This document shows positions 37,257 to 46,766 of a DNA stretch of 64,000 nt, piece after piece; within the stretch, counting starts at the first letter, position 1, and every line of letters starts with the position of its first letter. A model generated the notes under the pieces. That model saw nothing but the letters and a program-made list of their open reading frames with translations. It did no database searches and was not told the origin of the DNA. A program made the position numbers and the translations under genes. Source of the DNA: a virus; the IMG/VR virus record IMGVR_UViG_3300022752_000054, positions 1 to 64,000 of that record, one strand, 5' to 3'.

Positions 37257-37486
37257 TGACTTTAAAGGCAGCTGTGTCACTCGCTTTTTTGACAGCTTTG
37301 GCATTCGTTGGTTTCAAATCGTTCTCAAATCCCGATTCAGCGATGATAGGTATGACCATCCTTTGTTATGGCTGGGTGGCTACGCAAATAATCGCTGAAG
37401 GATTTGTTGCGATTATTTGGCTTACTTTTAAACGAATTATCGAAAAAACGTTAGATCAAAATCCTGATGACCATGACGAAAGCTGA
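37256..37486 (+). CDS. small membrane protein
   Basis: two hydrophobic segments. Confidence 0.6.
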   Translation: MTLKAAVSLAFLTALAFVGFKSFSNPDSAMIGMTILCYGWVATQIIAEGFVAIIWLTFKRIIEKTLDQNPDDHDES

Positions 37487-37503
37487 TAATTATTGATAAG
37501 AAA

Positions 37504-37788
37504 ATGATGAGCGCAGCTGAGACCAGCGAGCCTGACGAAATTCTTCAAGATTTGCGGAAAATCAGCATGCCGTGTCATCTTCCTCAAAATAAACCCATTG
37601 TTGGTGATATAGTTCGCTGGATTTACGAATGGGTTGAAGATCCTCTATACGGATCTCTCTACATTGTCGCTGGATTTCATGCTGAAGTTCAAGACATCGC
37701 CGTCGTTAGAGTCTTGAATAACCCCTTTGAAGTTCGAGAATTTCACGTGTCTCAATTAGAAATAGTCTCTAACAAATCTACGTCTTAA
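37504..37788 (+). CDS. 'GDLV'-like small protein
   Basis: VGDIV...LEIV. Confidence 0.6.
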   Translation: MMSAAETSEPDEILQDLRKISMPCHLPQNKPIVGDIVRWIYEWVEDPLYGSLYIVAGFHAEVQDIAVVRVLNNPFEVREFHVSQLEIVSNKSTS

Positions 37789-37848
37789 GCCCCAGAGTCG
37801 CCAGGAATATTCCGATTCCTACGAGAAGGAACAAGATGCCTGCCAACA

Positions 37849-38262
37849 TCACTTTTCTTTCAGAATTTCTTTTATAAATTCTCTGACGATCGTTTCACCA
37901 ATGTCCAACGTCTTTGGATAACCCTTTTCGCCTGGGCGTTTTGGACGTTTCCCAGCCTTTCGTCGTGCGTGGATGTTGGCCCATAACCCTCTTTTCTTCT
38001 TTTTACGACCTTCAAAAACGCCACTTGGCTGTTGAGTCTCATCATGAGATTCGTACTCTATATATGCGAAAGCATCGTTCAAATCGTTGTATGCTCGAGT
38101 GATCTTGTATTGTATCCAGCCTGGGATTTCATCATTTTCTCCCATCACTTCTAACATCATATCAGCCATTTCTGATATTCTGTGGAGTTGTGCGACGGCC
38201 ATGTAACCTTCATGGTCTTCTTCTCCACCATTCCAGTCTTTACCAAAAGATTCATCGTTCAT
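37849..38262 (-). CDS. putative virion internal protein
   Basis: DHEGYMA; GLWANIHARR; C-terminal VREFIKEILKE (leader-like helix). Confidence 0.65.
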   Translation of the reverse strand: MNDESFGKDWNGGEEDHEGYMAVAQLHRISEMADMMLEVMGENDEIPGWIQYKITRAYNDLNDAFAYIEYESHDETQQPSGVFEGRKKKKRGLWANIHARRKAGKRPKRPGEKGYPKTLDIGETIVREFIKEILKEK

Positions 38263-38325
38263 CATGACAATATGTATTCAAAATTCTTAAAGATGACGAG
38301 ATAAATCCATATATAGAATTTGCGT

Positions 38326-38505
38326 ATGAAATTACGATTACTCGAACTTCGCAAAATAATCAGAAAAATAATTGAGGAAGAAGCGTGGATGCCTGGTCGT
38401 TGGATGGGTTCCGCGAACGATCCTTTGGACGCAGAGGAACTAGAGATGTTGGGATCGCAAGGTTTCATCGAGGAAGATCTCGAAGATGAAAACGATCAAG
38501 ATTAG
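38326..38505 (+). CDS. LRxIIxEE-leader protein
   Basis: MKLRLLELRKIIRKIIEEE. Confidence 0.65.
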   Translation: MKLRLLELRKIIRKIIEEEAWMPGRWMGSANDPLDAEELEMLGSQGFIEEDLEDENDQD

Positions 38506-38791
38506 CCTAAGAGAGTTGCGGAGGATCATCAGAAAATTACTTCAGGAGGGTCCATCAGGCCCTGGAGTGACAGCTGACCCTACCGAAAAATCTGGATTTT
38601 ATCCCTATGAAATCGACAGAGGCGTTGACGTGCAGGGCTATTGGTATAGATCCCCAGGTCGTTCTCCAGGCTCTGACGGAGATCCCGGTCGTCCCGCTGA
38701 CGCTGCTGAGTACATCGGATTTAAGACCAAGGGAGCAACTCCTGAAGATGCTGCGGAGGCCGCCGCGCCAAAAGAAGTTACCGCAACGTAG
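38486..38791 (+). CDS. LRxIIxEE-leader protein
   Basis: KISLRELRRIIRKLLQE. Confidence 0.7.
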   Translation: MKTIKISLRELRRIIRKLLQEGPSGPGVTADPTEKSGFYPYEIDRGVDVQGYWYRSPGRSPGSDGDPGRPADAAEYIGFKTKGATPEDAAEAAAPKEVTAT

Positions 38792-38838
38792 TTTATCGTG
38801 ATACGATATAGTTATCGTAAGAATACCAAGGATTTCAA

Positions 38839-39237
38839 ATGCAAGTTACCATAGGCGTTTTAAGAGAAATAATAAGTGAAGCCTTCATATTGATGGAAGC
38901 TGGTGTTTTCGAGGATTACGAACTCAACTTGGAAGAAATCAGCCTCTTGTCAGAAGCAGAGTACAAAGGCCGCGAAGTTCAGCTTGGAAAACCGATGAAA
39001 GGTGACGTGAAGAAATACAAGGTGTACGTCAAGGACAAGAAAACAGGAAATGTGAAGAAAGTAAATTTCGGAGACCCCAATATGGAAATACGCAGGGACA
39101 ATCCGAAAGCTCGTAAATCTTTCAGGGCACGCCATGGTTGCGGCACTTCCAGGGCTTCTGATAGGACAAAAGCTGCTTTTTGGAGCTGCAGAATGTGGTC
39201 TAGAAAGCCAGTTTCAAAGATCTTAAAAGGAAAATGA
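38839..39237 (+). CDS. leader-bearing basic protein (DUF6321-like, common in large phages)
   Basis: VLREIISE...LME; KKYKVYV...KKVNFGD...RKSFRARHGC...WSC. Confidence 0.75.
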   Translation: MQVTIGVLREIISEAFILMEAGVFEDYELNLEEISLLSEAEYKGREVQLGKPMKGDVKKYKVYVKDKKTGNVKKVNFGDPNMEIRRDNPKARKSFRARHGCGTSRASDRTKAAFWSCRMWSRKPVSKILKGK

Positions 39238-39323
39238 TTTAATTGAATACAGTGTAAACAATACATGAACGTGATATATTCTTCACATCAGCCGTACTTT
39301 CGGTTGACAAGGTTAAAGAAAAA

Positions 39324-39584
39324 ATGATCAAGAATACTATCGCATTGTTCACCGCCGCCGCCGTCGCTCTTGCTGCTTGTGGTGATGATTCAGGTTCGAC
39401 TGGTACTGGCACCGGTGGAGCCGGTGGTGCTGGTCAAGGTGGTGCAGTTACTTCGACGGGCGGTGCGCCCGGAACTGGTGGTGCAGGAGTCGGTGGCGTT
39501 GCAACGGGAGGAGCACCTGGCGTCGGTGGCGCAGGTGGTACAACAGTCACGACTGGTACAGGTGGCGCAGGCGGCGGCGTCTGA
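39324..39584 (+). CDS. Gly/Thr-rich myxobacterial-style lipoprotein
   Basis: lipobox LAAC-GDD followed by GTGGAGG repeats; promoter at 39252-39280. Confidence 0.75.
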   Translation: MIKNTIALFTAAAVALAACGDDSGSTGTGTGGAGGAGQGGAVTSTGGAPGTGGAGVGGVATGGAPGVGGAGGTTVTTGTGGAGGGV

Positions 39585-39605
39585 TTTAAACTTAAAAAAT
39601 AATTA

Positions 39606-39640
39606 AAAGCTGTGGAGGAATATTCCTCCACAGCTTTTTT
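39606..39640 (+). terminator. intrinsic terminator
   Basis: AGCTGTGGAGGAA/TTCCTCCACAGCT + T-run. Confidence 0.8.
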
Positions 39641-39663
39641 ATTTACTCGAGATAAGTATTGAC

Positions 39664-39891
39664 GTGAATTCTGACGAAAAAGCATTAAGAATTTTAATAA
39701 ATGAATTTGTGAAAGAATATTCTTCTCGTGCAGGATCTCATCCAGAAGAGAGCTATCACGAGGATCTGCTAGATGATCCTGCTTATAAAGCAGATAGCGT
39801 CTACGTTCCTAATGATGTAAAGGGTAAGATAAACAAGTGGGCAGAAGACATGGGTCTGAAATCTAAGAAAAGTAAAAAGGAAACTAAGTAA
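39664..39891 (+). CDS. leader-like small protein
   Basis: EKALRILINEFVKE. Confidence 0.6.
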   Translation: MNSDEKALRILINEFVKEYSSRAGSHPEESYHEDLLDDPAYKADSVYVPNDVKGKINKWAEDMGLKSKKSKKETK

Positions 39892-40232
39892 TGCAACAGA
39901 GCGAGAAGCGTTTGAGAAAACTCATTAGAGAGTTTCTAGAAGCAGCCAATTTAAATGAGATGTCCGCGAAAGGTCTCAAGAAGACCAGCTTTGAAGAAAT
40001 ACAAAAGAAGTTTCCAAGGTTCGCCGAGATGCTTCAGGCAAAATACAAACAATCTGAACTAGCATCAGCATCATTCGCAATACAAGGTTCAGGAAGTATG
40101 TTTGGATTTGGAACAAAAGTTCCAATGATGGTCACTAAAGGTTATGATGATCCTGTTGTCCTGTGGCAAGACGATTTCCTAAAATACAATGGTAGCGAGA
40201 CGTTGGCTGATGCAGTAAGAAATGCTCAGTAA
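39891..40232 (+). CDS. leader-bearing protein
   Basis: EKRLRKLIREFLE...LNE. Confidence 0.7.
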   Translation: MQQSEKRLRKLIREFLEAANLNEMSAKGLKKTSFEEIQKKFPRFAEMLQAKYKQSELASASFAIQGSGSMFGFGTKVPMMVTKGYDDPVVLWQDDFLKYNGSETLADAVRNAQ

Positions 40233-40296
40233 ACCCAGAAATTTAAATGGGTATCATCGAATGACAGGCTAATGATGGAATGGAAGAAAAGGTAAT

Positions 40297-40446
40297 ATGT
40301 GTTATAGAAGACGTTGCGATATTTGCAACAAGCTGACATATGGAGGTTGCGGAAAACACGTTGAATATGTGCTGGCTGATGTGCCGCAAGAAGACAGGTG
40401 CCAAGGGCATGGTATCGTTCAAAGTGATGAAGAAGATTCAGATTAA
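40297..40446 (+). CDS. 49-aa Cys/His metal-binding protein (absent from the ORF track)
   Basis: MCYRRRCDICNKLTYGGCGKHVEYVLADVPQEDRC. Confidence 0.65.
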   Translation: MCYRRRCDICNKLTYGGCGKHVEYVLADVPQEDRCQGHGIVQSDEEDSD

Positions 40447-40763
40447 TAAGGTTCAGGGCAACCTAGATTTATGATGTTCTGTATTGGATCACAAAAAACC
40501 TGAATTTCTATCATATACTTCACACCATCTTTTTCAAGAATTAAATACGTGTCAACTGGACATGGTCCACCAAAGCTTTTGTCGTCGTGATCATCTTTTG
40601 TTACAGGTTCTGGTTTTTGATCATGATTTTTCGGAAGCTGAGAGATCTCAGTGGATTCTTCGTCGGCCATTTCTTCGCTTTCTTCAAAAGAAGAATCGTT
40701 GCCGACACAACCAGATAAGGTCACGCAAAAAAAACATACCGCATTCAGGAAACGTAAGTTCAT
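40443..40763 (-). CDS. putative lipoprotein
   Basis: lipobox LSGC. Confidence 0.55.
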   Translation of the reverse strand: MNLRFLNAVCFFCVTLSGCVGNDSSFEESEEMADEESTEISQLPKNHDQKPEPVTKDDHDDKSFGGPCPVDTYLILEKDGVKYMIEIQVFCDPIQNIINLGCPEPY

Positions 40764-40840
40764 AATGAACCCCCTGCCGTATAATAATAGTTATAGAAAA
40801 AACAAAGGTTTTTTAGATAATTTTACAAGATAGAGAACAA

Positions 40841-41212
40841 ATGCCATACAAGATACGCAAACAAAAATGTAAGCAGAGTGACGGAGATTCTGGCGGTTAC
40901 GTGCTTTCCTATACTGATAAAAAAGGTAAAAAGCACAGGGCTTGTCATACATCTAAAAAGAAAGCCAGGGGTCAAATAGCTGCCATAGAGGCTGAAGGTA
41001 CAAAGATGAATAACGAAGATAGTCTTTTGGAGTTAAGAGCTTTTATTAGAGATGTTGTGAAAGAAGAACTACATGCAGAGGGATCGCAAGAAGATTTAGA
41101 CAAAGACGATGACGGAGATAAAGATTTTGCTGACGTTTTGATATCCAGAATGATGGCAGGCGGGCTGTCCAAGAAAAAAGCAATAAAAAAGTCTAGGAAA
41201 TACGATTCTTAA
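40841..41212 (+). CDS. putative virion internal protein
   Basis: MPYKIRK...CHTSKKKARGQIAAI; internal ELRAFIRDVVKEE; DxDxDGDxDF. Confidence 0.7.
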   Translation: MPYKIRKQKCKQSDGDSGGYVLSYTDKKGKKHRACHTSKKKARGQIAAIEAEGTKMNNEDSLLELRAFIRDVVKEELHAEGSQEDLDKDDDGDKDFADVLISRMMAGGLSKKKAIKKSRKYDS

Positions 41213-41398
41213 TCGTATTTCCATTAAATCTTTTCATTTTTTGTACGTCTCAATTTGAGCTTAGTTGTGAATAAAACTTCACAACCACCGTAAAAAAGGT
41301 GTTCATAAAAGTGATAAAACGTTCATAAGATGAACTTAATAATCGATAATTATAGATCAATGAATTTAGGCTCGAAAGAGCCAGCACGAAAATATAGT

Positions 41399-41662
41399 AT
41401 GAAGACAAGGGGAAACTCAAATATTCCGATTAGCGAATGCACTGAGTTTACCATGCATATTTCTCAAAAAACAGAATTCGCGAATTCAAAGCAAAAACTT
41501 GTTGATTACACTGAACACAAGTTAAGAAAATACATTGAAAAGATCAGAGACAAACAACAAGAATTAATCTTAAACGTTATGTTGGTCGATTATGTCAAAG
41601 GTAATATAGCCGTTGCTTGGAGAAAAGGACAACCCGTGTACGTGAATGTTACAAAAGGATAA
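41399..41662 (+). CDS. hypothetical protein
   Basis: ORF; start uncertain. Confidence 0.55.
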   Translation: MKTRGNSNIPISECTEFTMHISQKTEFANSKQKLVDYTEHKLRKYIEKIRDKQQELILNVMLVDYVKGNIAVAWRKGQPVYVNVTKG

Positions 41663-41701
41663 AATCCTGTACAAATACGTCAGTGAGCTTACTATATTAC
41701 C

Positions 41702-43324
41702 ATGTCTTTTGAACCCCAATCTCTGAAGTCTAATAGTCGCGTCTTGTTTTCTAGCGATGCAAGAAAGAAATTATACGCTGGTCTTAGTATAGCAGCTGAA
41801 GCTGTCAGTTGTACTTTGGGTCCAAATGGAAAAACAGTTTTAATTCAAAATGGGAATGATTCTCCGATTATCACTAAAGATGGTGTGACGGTCAGCAAGT
41901 CTATAAGATTAGATGACCCAGTAGAGATGATGGGAGTAAGACTTTTGAGAGAAGCTGCGTCTCAAACCAACGATACGGCTGGTGATGGAACAACCACCTC
42001 TACTGTTCTTACTCACGCTTTAGTAAAAAATGGGTTAAATTTGCTAGAGGCAGGTTACAACGCAAAAAAGCTTGTAGAAGGAATGGATATTGCGATAAGG
42101 TTAGTAACAGATGCTGTTGTTTCTCAAGCCCATCCGGTTGAAACAGCTGAAGAAATTGCGCAAATTGGTACCATTTCAGCTAATGGTGACAAGAAAATAG
42201 GAGAGCTAATTTCAGCTGCAATGGAAAAAGTTGGAAGAGATGGAATCATTACTGTAGAGGATGCTAAAGGAATGGCAACCACTCTTGACGTGGTTGACGG
42301 AATGCAGTTTGACAGGGGTTATTTAAGCCCTTACTTCGTTACGAATAACGAAAAGATGCATGCTTCTTATAATGATGCATATGTTCTAGTTACAGATAAA
42401 AAAATATCTGCATTAAAGGATCTTATTCCTATTCTTGAAGCAGTGGTAAACTCTAGAAAACCTCTTCTCATCATTGCTGATGATGTTGATGGGGAAGCAT
42501 TACAAGGATTAGTTCTTAACAGGGTAAAATCTCAATTACCAGTTGTCGCCATTAAATCTCCTGGATTTGGAACTTCAAAAGATGAATACATCATTGATAT
42601 TTCAAAGCTGACAGGAGCTAAACTGATTTCTAGCTCTACTGGTTTGTCTCTGGACAAGGTAAAACTAACGGATTTAGGAATTGCAAAGAAGTTTGTGGTC
42701 GATGCAAAGACCACAACCATCGTTGGTCCCTCATCTGCAAGAGAGCAGGTTCAAGAACACGTTTCTGATCTAAAAGAGAGGCTTAGCGACGTAACAATAA
42801 GCTCTCTTGAAATGAACAACCTTCGAACCAGGATCGCTCGTCTTGCTTCTGGAGTTGCTGTCGTCCGAGTCGGCGGCGCGACCGAGATGGAAATGATTGA
42901 ACGTAAATATAGAATAGAAGATGCTCTTCATGCAACACGTGCGGCAACAGAAGAAGGAATAATTCCAGGCGGAGGAACGGCTTTATACACGGCCTCAATA
43001 GCTGCTAGAAAAGCTACAAAAAATGTTTCTTATGAAAGAGATGTTTTGGCTGGAATTGAAATGGTTTTTAAATCTTGTGTAGAACCACTAAGAAGAATTG
43101 CTCATAATAGTGGCAAGTCACCAGATGTCATTGAAGAATGTATGAGTAAGAATGTCAATAGTAACTTCGGATATGATGCTTCTTCAGGAGAGTTTGTCGA
43201 TCTTGTGGCAGCTGGTATTATCGATCCTGTCAAAGTTACTAAAATGGCTCTTAAGAATTCTTCTTCAGTTGCTAGACTATTTTTAACTTTGGACGCTGTC
43301 TTGGTCAATGGAGAAACTGCTTGA
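41702..43324 (+). CDS. groEL: chaperonin GroEL
   Basis: TLGPNG; ITKDGVTV; AGDGTTT; GMQFDRGYLSPYF; GGGTAL; GIIDPVKV. Confidence 0.95.
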   Translation: MSFEPQSLKSNSRVLFSSDARKKLYAGLSIAAEAVSCTLGPNGKTVLIQNGNDSPIITKDGVTVSKSIRLDDPVEMMGVRLLREAASQTNDTAGDGTTTSTVLTHALVKNGLNLLEAGYNAKKLVEGMDIAIRLVTDAVVSQAHPVETAEEIAQIGTISANGDKKIGELISAAMEKVGRDGIITVEDAKGMATTLDVVDGMQFDRGYLSPYFVTNNEKMHASYNDAYVLVTDKKISALKDLIPILEAVVNSRKPLLIIADDVDGEALQGLVLNRVKSQLPVVAIKSPGFGTSKDEYIIDISKLTGAKLISSSTGLSLDKVKLTDLGIAKKFVVDAKTTTIVGPSSAREQVQEHVSDLKERLSDVTISSLEMNNLRTRIARLASGVAVVRVGGATEMEMIERKYRIEDALHATRAATEEGIIPGGGTALYTASIAARKATKNVSYERDVLAGIEMVFKSCVEPLRRIAHNSGKSPDVIEECMSKNVNSNFGYDASSGEFVDLVAAGIIDPVKVTKMALKNSSSVARLFLTLDAVLVNGETA

Positions 43325-43539
43325 TTTTACCTAGATTTTCCAAGGGAGACCTTGTCAAATTTAAAATGAAAAGTCCTGAAAAAAATGGTATTGTTATAGA
43401 CGTACATCGTTCTAATTCATGTAAAAGCAAGCACGTCGAGCACATGTCCAACAGCTATTCTCAAGTCTACTATGTTCTTGTAGATGGAATTTCAGTTGAA
43501 GGACCATATTTTTTTGACGAGTTATTGAGGGTGGTTTGA
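43321..43539 (+). CDS. small 'GDLV' family protein
   Basis: SKGDLV...GIVI. Confidence 0.65.
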   Translation: MILPRFSKGDLVKFKMKSPEKNGIVIDVHRSNSCKSKHVEHMSNSYSQVYYVLVDGISVEGPYFFDELLRVV

Positions 43540-43925
43540 AAAATCATGCAAGGATTTCTTCATCTGGAAAAGTAGAAGAGATTATCTTACCCAGATACAT
43601 GTCATCTCTATGTGAGGAAGAAATTCTAGTAATAAAAGAAAAAATGAGAAAGAATGTGATAATTGCTTGTGGTTATCACCATTCGTCTAGGCGAATCGTT
43701 GTCCTGAAAGAAGATTCTAACGTTTTGGAATTGATCCCTGAAGATTTTTTTGGTATGAATTTAACGATTCTACGAGCGGCTCCTATAAAATCTGGGTCTA
43801 AAATTGAAATCACCACATCCAAGACTTTTATAGAAGTTGATTCAAGAGATGTCATTAATGCATCTAACTGCATCGACATGTCGAAATTGGAAATAGATAT
43901 GATACATGAAAATAACGTTATCTGA
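43536..43925 (+). CDS. hypothetical protein
   Basis: coupled ORF. Confidence 0.55.
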   Translation: MKNHARISSSGKVEEIILPRYMSSLCEEEILVIKEKMRKNVIIACGYHHSSRRIVVLKEDSNVLELIPEDFFGMNLTILRAAPIKSGSKIEITTSKTFIEVDSRDVINASNCIDMSKLEIDMIHENNVI

Positions 43926-44121
43926 ATTAAGAAAGATTATAAGAGAAGAAGTTGAAAGAAATTTACGCTGGTCTGCAGGATACTTTGGAGGAGATTTAAG
44001 TAGTCCTCAAAAGGGAATAAACTACGTGCCACTCCAAGGGTTGGGAAGTTCGACAGAAGAAAAAAATAAAATAGAAAATTATGAAGAAGAAGAAGAACTC
44101 GAAAGAGACACCACAGATTGA
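43906..44121 (+). CDS. LRxIIxEE-leader protein
   Basis: MKITLSELRKIIREEVE. Confidence 0.7.
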   Translation: MKITLSELRKIIREEVERNLRWSAGYFGGDLSSPQKGINYVPLQGLGSSTEEKNKIENYEEEEELERDTTD

Positions 44122-44332
44122 AAGAGAAGATAGTCTAGAGCTCACAGGAACTGTTGAAGAGGCGTTGCCTGGCACTCTATTTAAGGTGAAAACCACGACG
44201 GGTCAGACTGTGCTAGCAACGTTGTCAGGAAAACTACGACAAAATCACATTGTAGTGTTACCAGGCGACGATGTAACGGTCGAAGTTTCAATCTATGACA
44301 CCACAAGAGGTCGAATCTCGTGGCGCAGATGA
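44081..44332 (+). CDS. infA: translation initiation factor IF-1
   Basis: GTVEEALPG..FKV...LSGKLRQNHI.VLPGDDV.VE.S.YD.TRGRI.WR. Confidence 0.92.
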   Translation: MKKKKNSKETPQIEREDSLELTGTVEEALPGTLFKVKTTTGQTVLATLSGKLRQNHIVVLPGDDVTVEVSIYDTTRGRISWRR

Positions 44333-44345
44333 ATGGGAGAATGAA

Positions 44346-44504
44346 ATGATCCAATGGGCGCTTGAACATCCTTATCTCTTTTTTACCATGTTTTTGTTCT
44401 CGCTCGTAACGATGGTAAGCATCACAGCGGAAATTAGCAACTCTATAACATTATGTTTTGCTAAGAACAGAATAGAAAAAGAAAAGTCTGCCAAGGAATC
44501 CTAG
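44346..44504 (+). CDS. small membrane protein
   Basis: hydrophobic segment. Confidence 0.45.
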   Translation: MIQWALEHPYLFFTMFLFSLVTMVSITAEISNSITLCFAKNRIEKEKSAKES

Positions 44505-44514
44505 TTATAAGCAT

Positions 44515-44802
44515 ATGAAAAACAAAATCTTGAGAGAGTATATTAAAGAAACGATTAGAGAGGTGTTAGAAGGACCTCACATTAGCAATGTACTTTCTCA
44601 AGATTTAACTTCAAGAGAACAGCTGGGTTCTATTGCAGATCCTGAAGATGAAAAGATTATATCTCATCTTTCAGAACCAGAAGTAGATCTTGAAGATTGT
44701 TATGGGCCTGTTCCACCAACTTCAGATGATGTAGGCGTCTTTCCAGACATGTATACGAAAGATTATCATGTGATTCCACATAGCCCGATATACAGGTCAT
44801 GA
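44515..44802 (+). CDS. leader-bearing protein
   Basis: ILREYIKETIREVLE. Confidence 0.65.
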   Translation: MKNKILREYIKETIREVLEGPHISNVLSQDLTSREQLGSIADPEDEKIISHLSEPEVDLEDCYGPVPPTSDDVGVFPDMYTKDYHVIPHSPIYRS

Positions 44803-45137
44803 ATACTTTTAAGCATGCCTTTAATGTCTTTTTTGCTATCGTCAGAGAAAAATCTAAGGCGCTTAGAAGAGACAAACTATGGCCGATGGTTAGAGCAGCG
44901 CATTTAGAATCCAATGATTCTTGTGCAGCATGTGGAAAGAAAAAGAAAATACAAGTTCATCATATAATTCCAGTGCACATTGATCCTTCTTTCGAACTAG
45001 ATAGCGAAAATTTGATCACTTTATGCATGGATCAATACGAATGCCATTTGAACGTAGGTCATAAAGGTTCATGGCGTAATCACAATCCTAATGTAAGAAA
45101 AGATGCTCAAGATTTCTACTTAAAGTTAAAAACATGA
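44799..45137 (+). CDS. HNH endonuclease
   Basis: CAACG...VHHIIP...NLITLC...CH...H. Confidence 0.85.
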   Translation: MNTFKHAFNVFFAIVREKSKALRRDKLWPMVRAAHLESNDSCAACGKKKKIQVHHIIPVHIDPSFELDSENLITLCMDQYECHLNVGHKGSWRNHNPNVRKDAQDFYLKLKT

Positions 45138-45296
45138 AAAAATCAGAAAAAGATCTGTATTCGTCGATCGTAGAAAAAACCGCTTCTGGCATTTCTCTTA
45201 AAATTAAAGAAGAGCAAAGAAAAGATGCTCTTTCACTCGTTGATCAAGAACTGTGTTATTGGAGTCTAGATTACGATCACATTTGCTCTTACTAGA

Positions 45297-45722
45297 TCAA
45301 CCGATCATATTCCACATAATGTTATATACATCATGTTGCTTAATCAACATGTTGAAAACTCCTGTATTTTCTCCACCCAGCAAAAACCCAAGAGCTACAT
45401 TAGAAGATCCATCGATATCAATAATTTTCTTATCAAGAACTATCCCTAATCCCAATGACATATTTGGAATTGAATGATAAGGTTCCCAAGCACCATCATT
45501 CAAAGGTTTCCATATTATGCTTCTATCTGGAAGTATGGGATCTCCGTTCTTTGCGCAACCGATAATCAATAACTTGTCATAATCTGTCGGGCTTTTATCA
45601 AAAAAGCCCCAACAACCAAGCGAGGGTGACCACACCCTCGCTGAGTTTTTTTCTTTTGCAAAAAATTCTTTTGCAATTCTTTCTATAAGTTCAAGTCCGC
45701 AAACTTCATGTAATCCTGGCAC
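45297..45722 (-). CDS. hypothetical protein
   Basis: 141-aa ORF. Confidence 0.55.
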   Translation of the reverse strand: MPGLHEVCGLELIERIAKEFFAKEKNSARVWSPSLGCWGFFDKSPTDYDKLLIIGCAKNGDPILPDRSIIWKPLNDGAWEPYHSIPNMSLGLGIVLDKKIIDIDGSSNVALGFLLGGENTGVFNMLIKQHDVYNIMWNMIG

Positions 45723-45847
45723 GGTTGCCTTTGGAAAAGTAAGTACAATGTCCTGAATCGTTGGAATAAATAATCTTGTATATAACTTAATAGTTTTCGA
45801 TTGGAAGATTTTTCCGAATTATTCAGGCCATCATACATAACTATGTA

Positions 45848-46309
45848 TCAACATCCGCCAGACTTCGTGCAACGTTTTTCAACTAAAGTCTTCATACCAC
45901 CACACTTACCTGATGCATATGCACCGAGAGCTGGTCGAAGACCTCCGCAGGTTTTATTTAATGAACGAATCACGCCCAGTCCTGCTTTGAAGCCTGCCAC
46001 TGCCGAAGAACGTAGCTTATCGCAAGACACGCCTCCTGTTCTTGGCATTACTTGCATAATTCCGCAAGATCGACCACCATCGCCCAACGCGTCATGCTTC
46101 CATGATGATTCCCAGTATGACCAAGCAATGAGAAGTTTACCTAACTTTTCTTTCGCGGCTTTCGGGTCATTGGACAATTCAGGGTATAGTTCGGTCGCAT
46201 CCACGTCTGCAATAACTACAGAGATGGCATCAACTGCTGTTCGAGCCCTTGTCTCTGCTCCACCACCCGAAAGCGTAAGAGCGAGGGCAATAAGTGCTTC
46301 TTTCAACAT
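45848..46309 (-). CDS. secreted lytic transglycosylase (SLT/lysozyme-like)
   Basis: signal peptide; WESSW...GDGGRSCGIMQV...AYASG. Confidence 0.75.
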   Translation of the reverse strand: MLKEALIALALTLSGGGAETRARTAVDAISVVIADVDATELYPELSNDPKAAKEKLGKLLIAWSYWESSWKHDALGDGGRSCGIMQVMPRTGGVSCDKLRSSAVAGFKAGLGVIRSLNKTCGGLRPALGAYASGKCGGMKTLVEKRCTKSGGC

Positions 46310-46462
46310 ATCATGTCTACCTTTCTAATTCGTCAGCGAATATTCAAGACGCTGCCTCCTTAAATATGGAGGTTGCTCAAATGTAATCAACTTAAGTACG
46401 TTGTATTCCGTTCACATGTTTAATCTGAATAAAACTTTTAGAAGTAGAATATAATTAATGTC

Positions 46463-46759
46463 ATGAGTTCACCTGGAAAAGTAACGGAAAATCTTCTCAG
46501 GAAATTGATAAGAGAAATCATATTAGAGAAGAAAAAGCCGGGCGGAGGAATTACAAAAATAGGGGCAAAAAAGATTGTAGATCCTAGTTCAGCTGACATA
46601 GAAATTAGGAATGCTCTTGCAGACGAGCAAGGATCCGTTTCTGACGCTGCTGAAACATTAGATGTCTCTACAAGAACTCTTTACAATTATATCGACGATG
46701 ACTCTAGACTGAAGAGAGTAAAAGACAAATTTGAAAAAAATGACGAAAAGAACAAGTGA
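46463..46759 (+). CDS. leader-bearing Fis-like HTH protein
   Basis: LLRKLIREIILE; GSVSDAAETLDVSTRTLY. Confidence 0.75.
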   Translation: MSSPGKVTENLLRKLIREIILEKKKPGGGITKIGAKKIVDPSSADIEIRNALADEQGSVSDAAETLDVSTRTLYNYIDDDSRLKRVKDKFEKNDEKNK

Positions 46760-46766
46760 GTCATAC

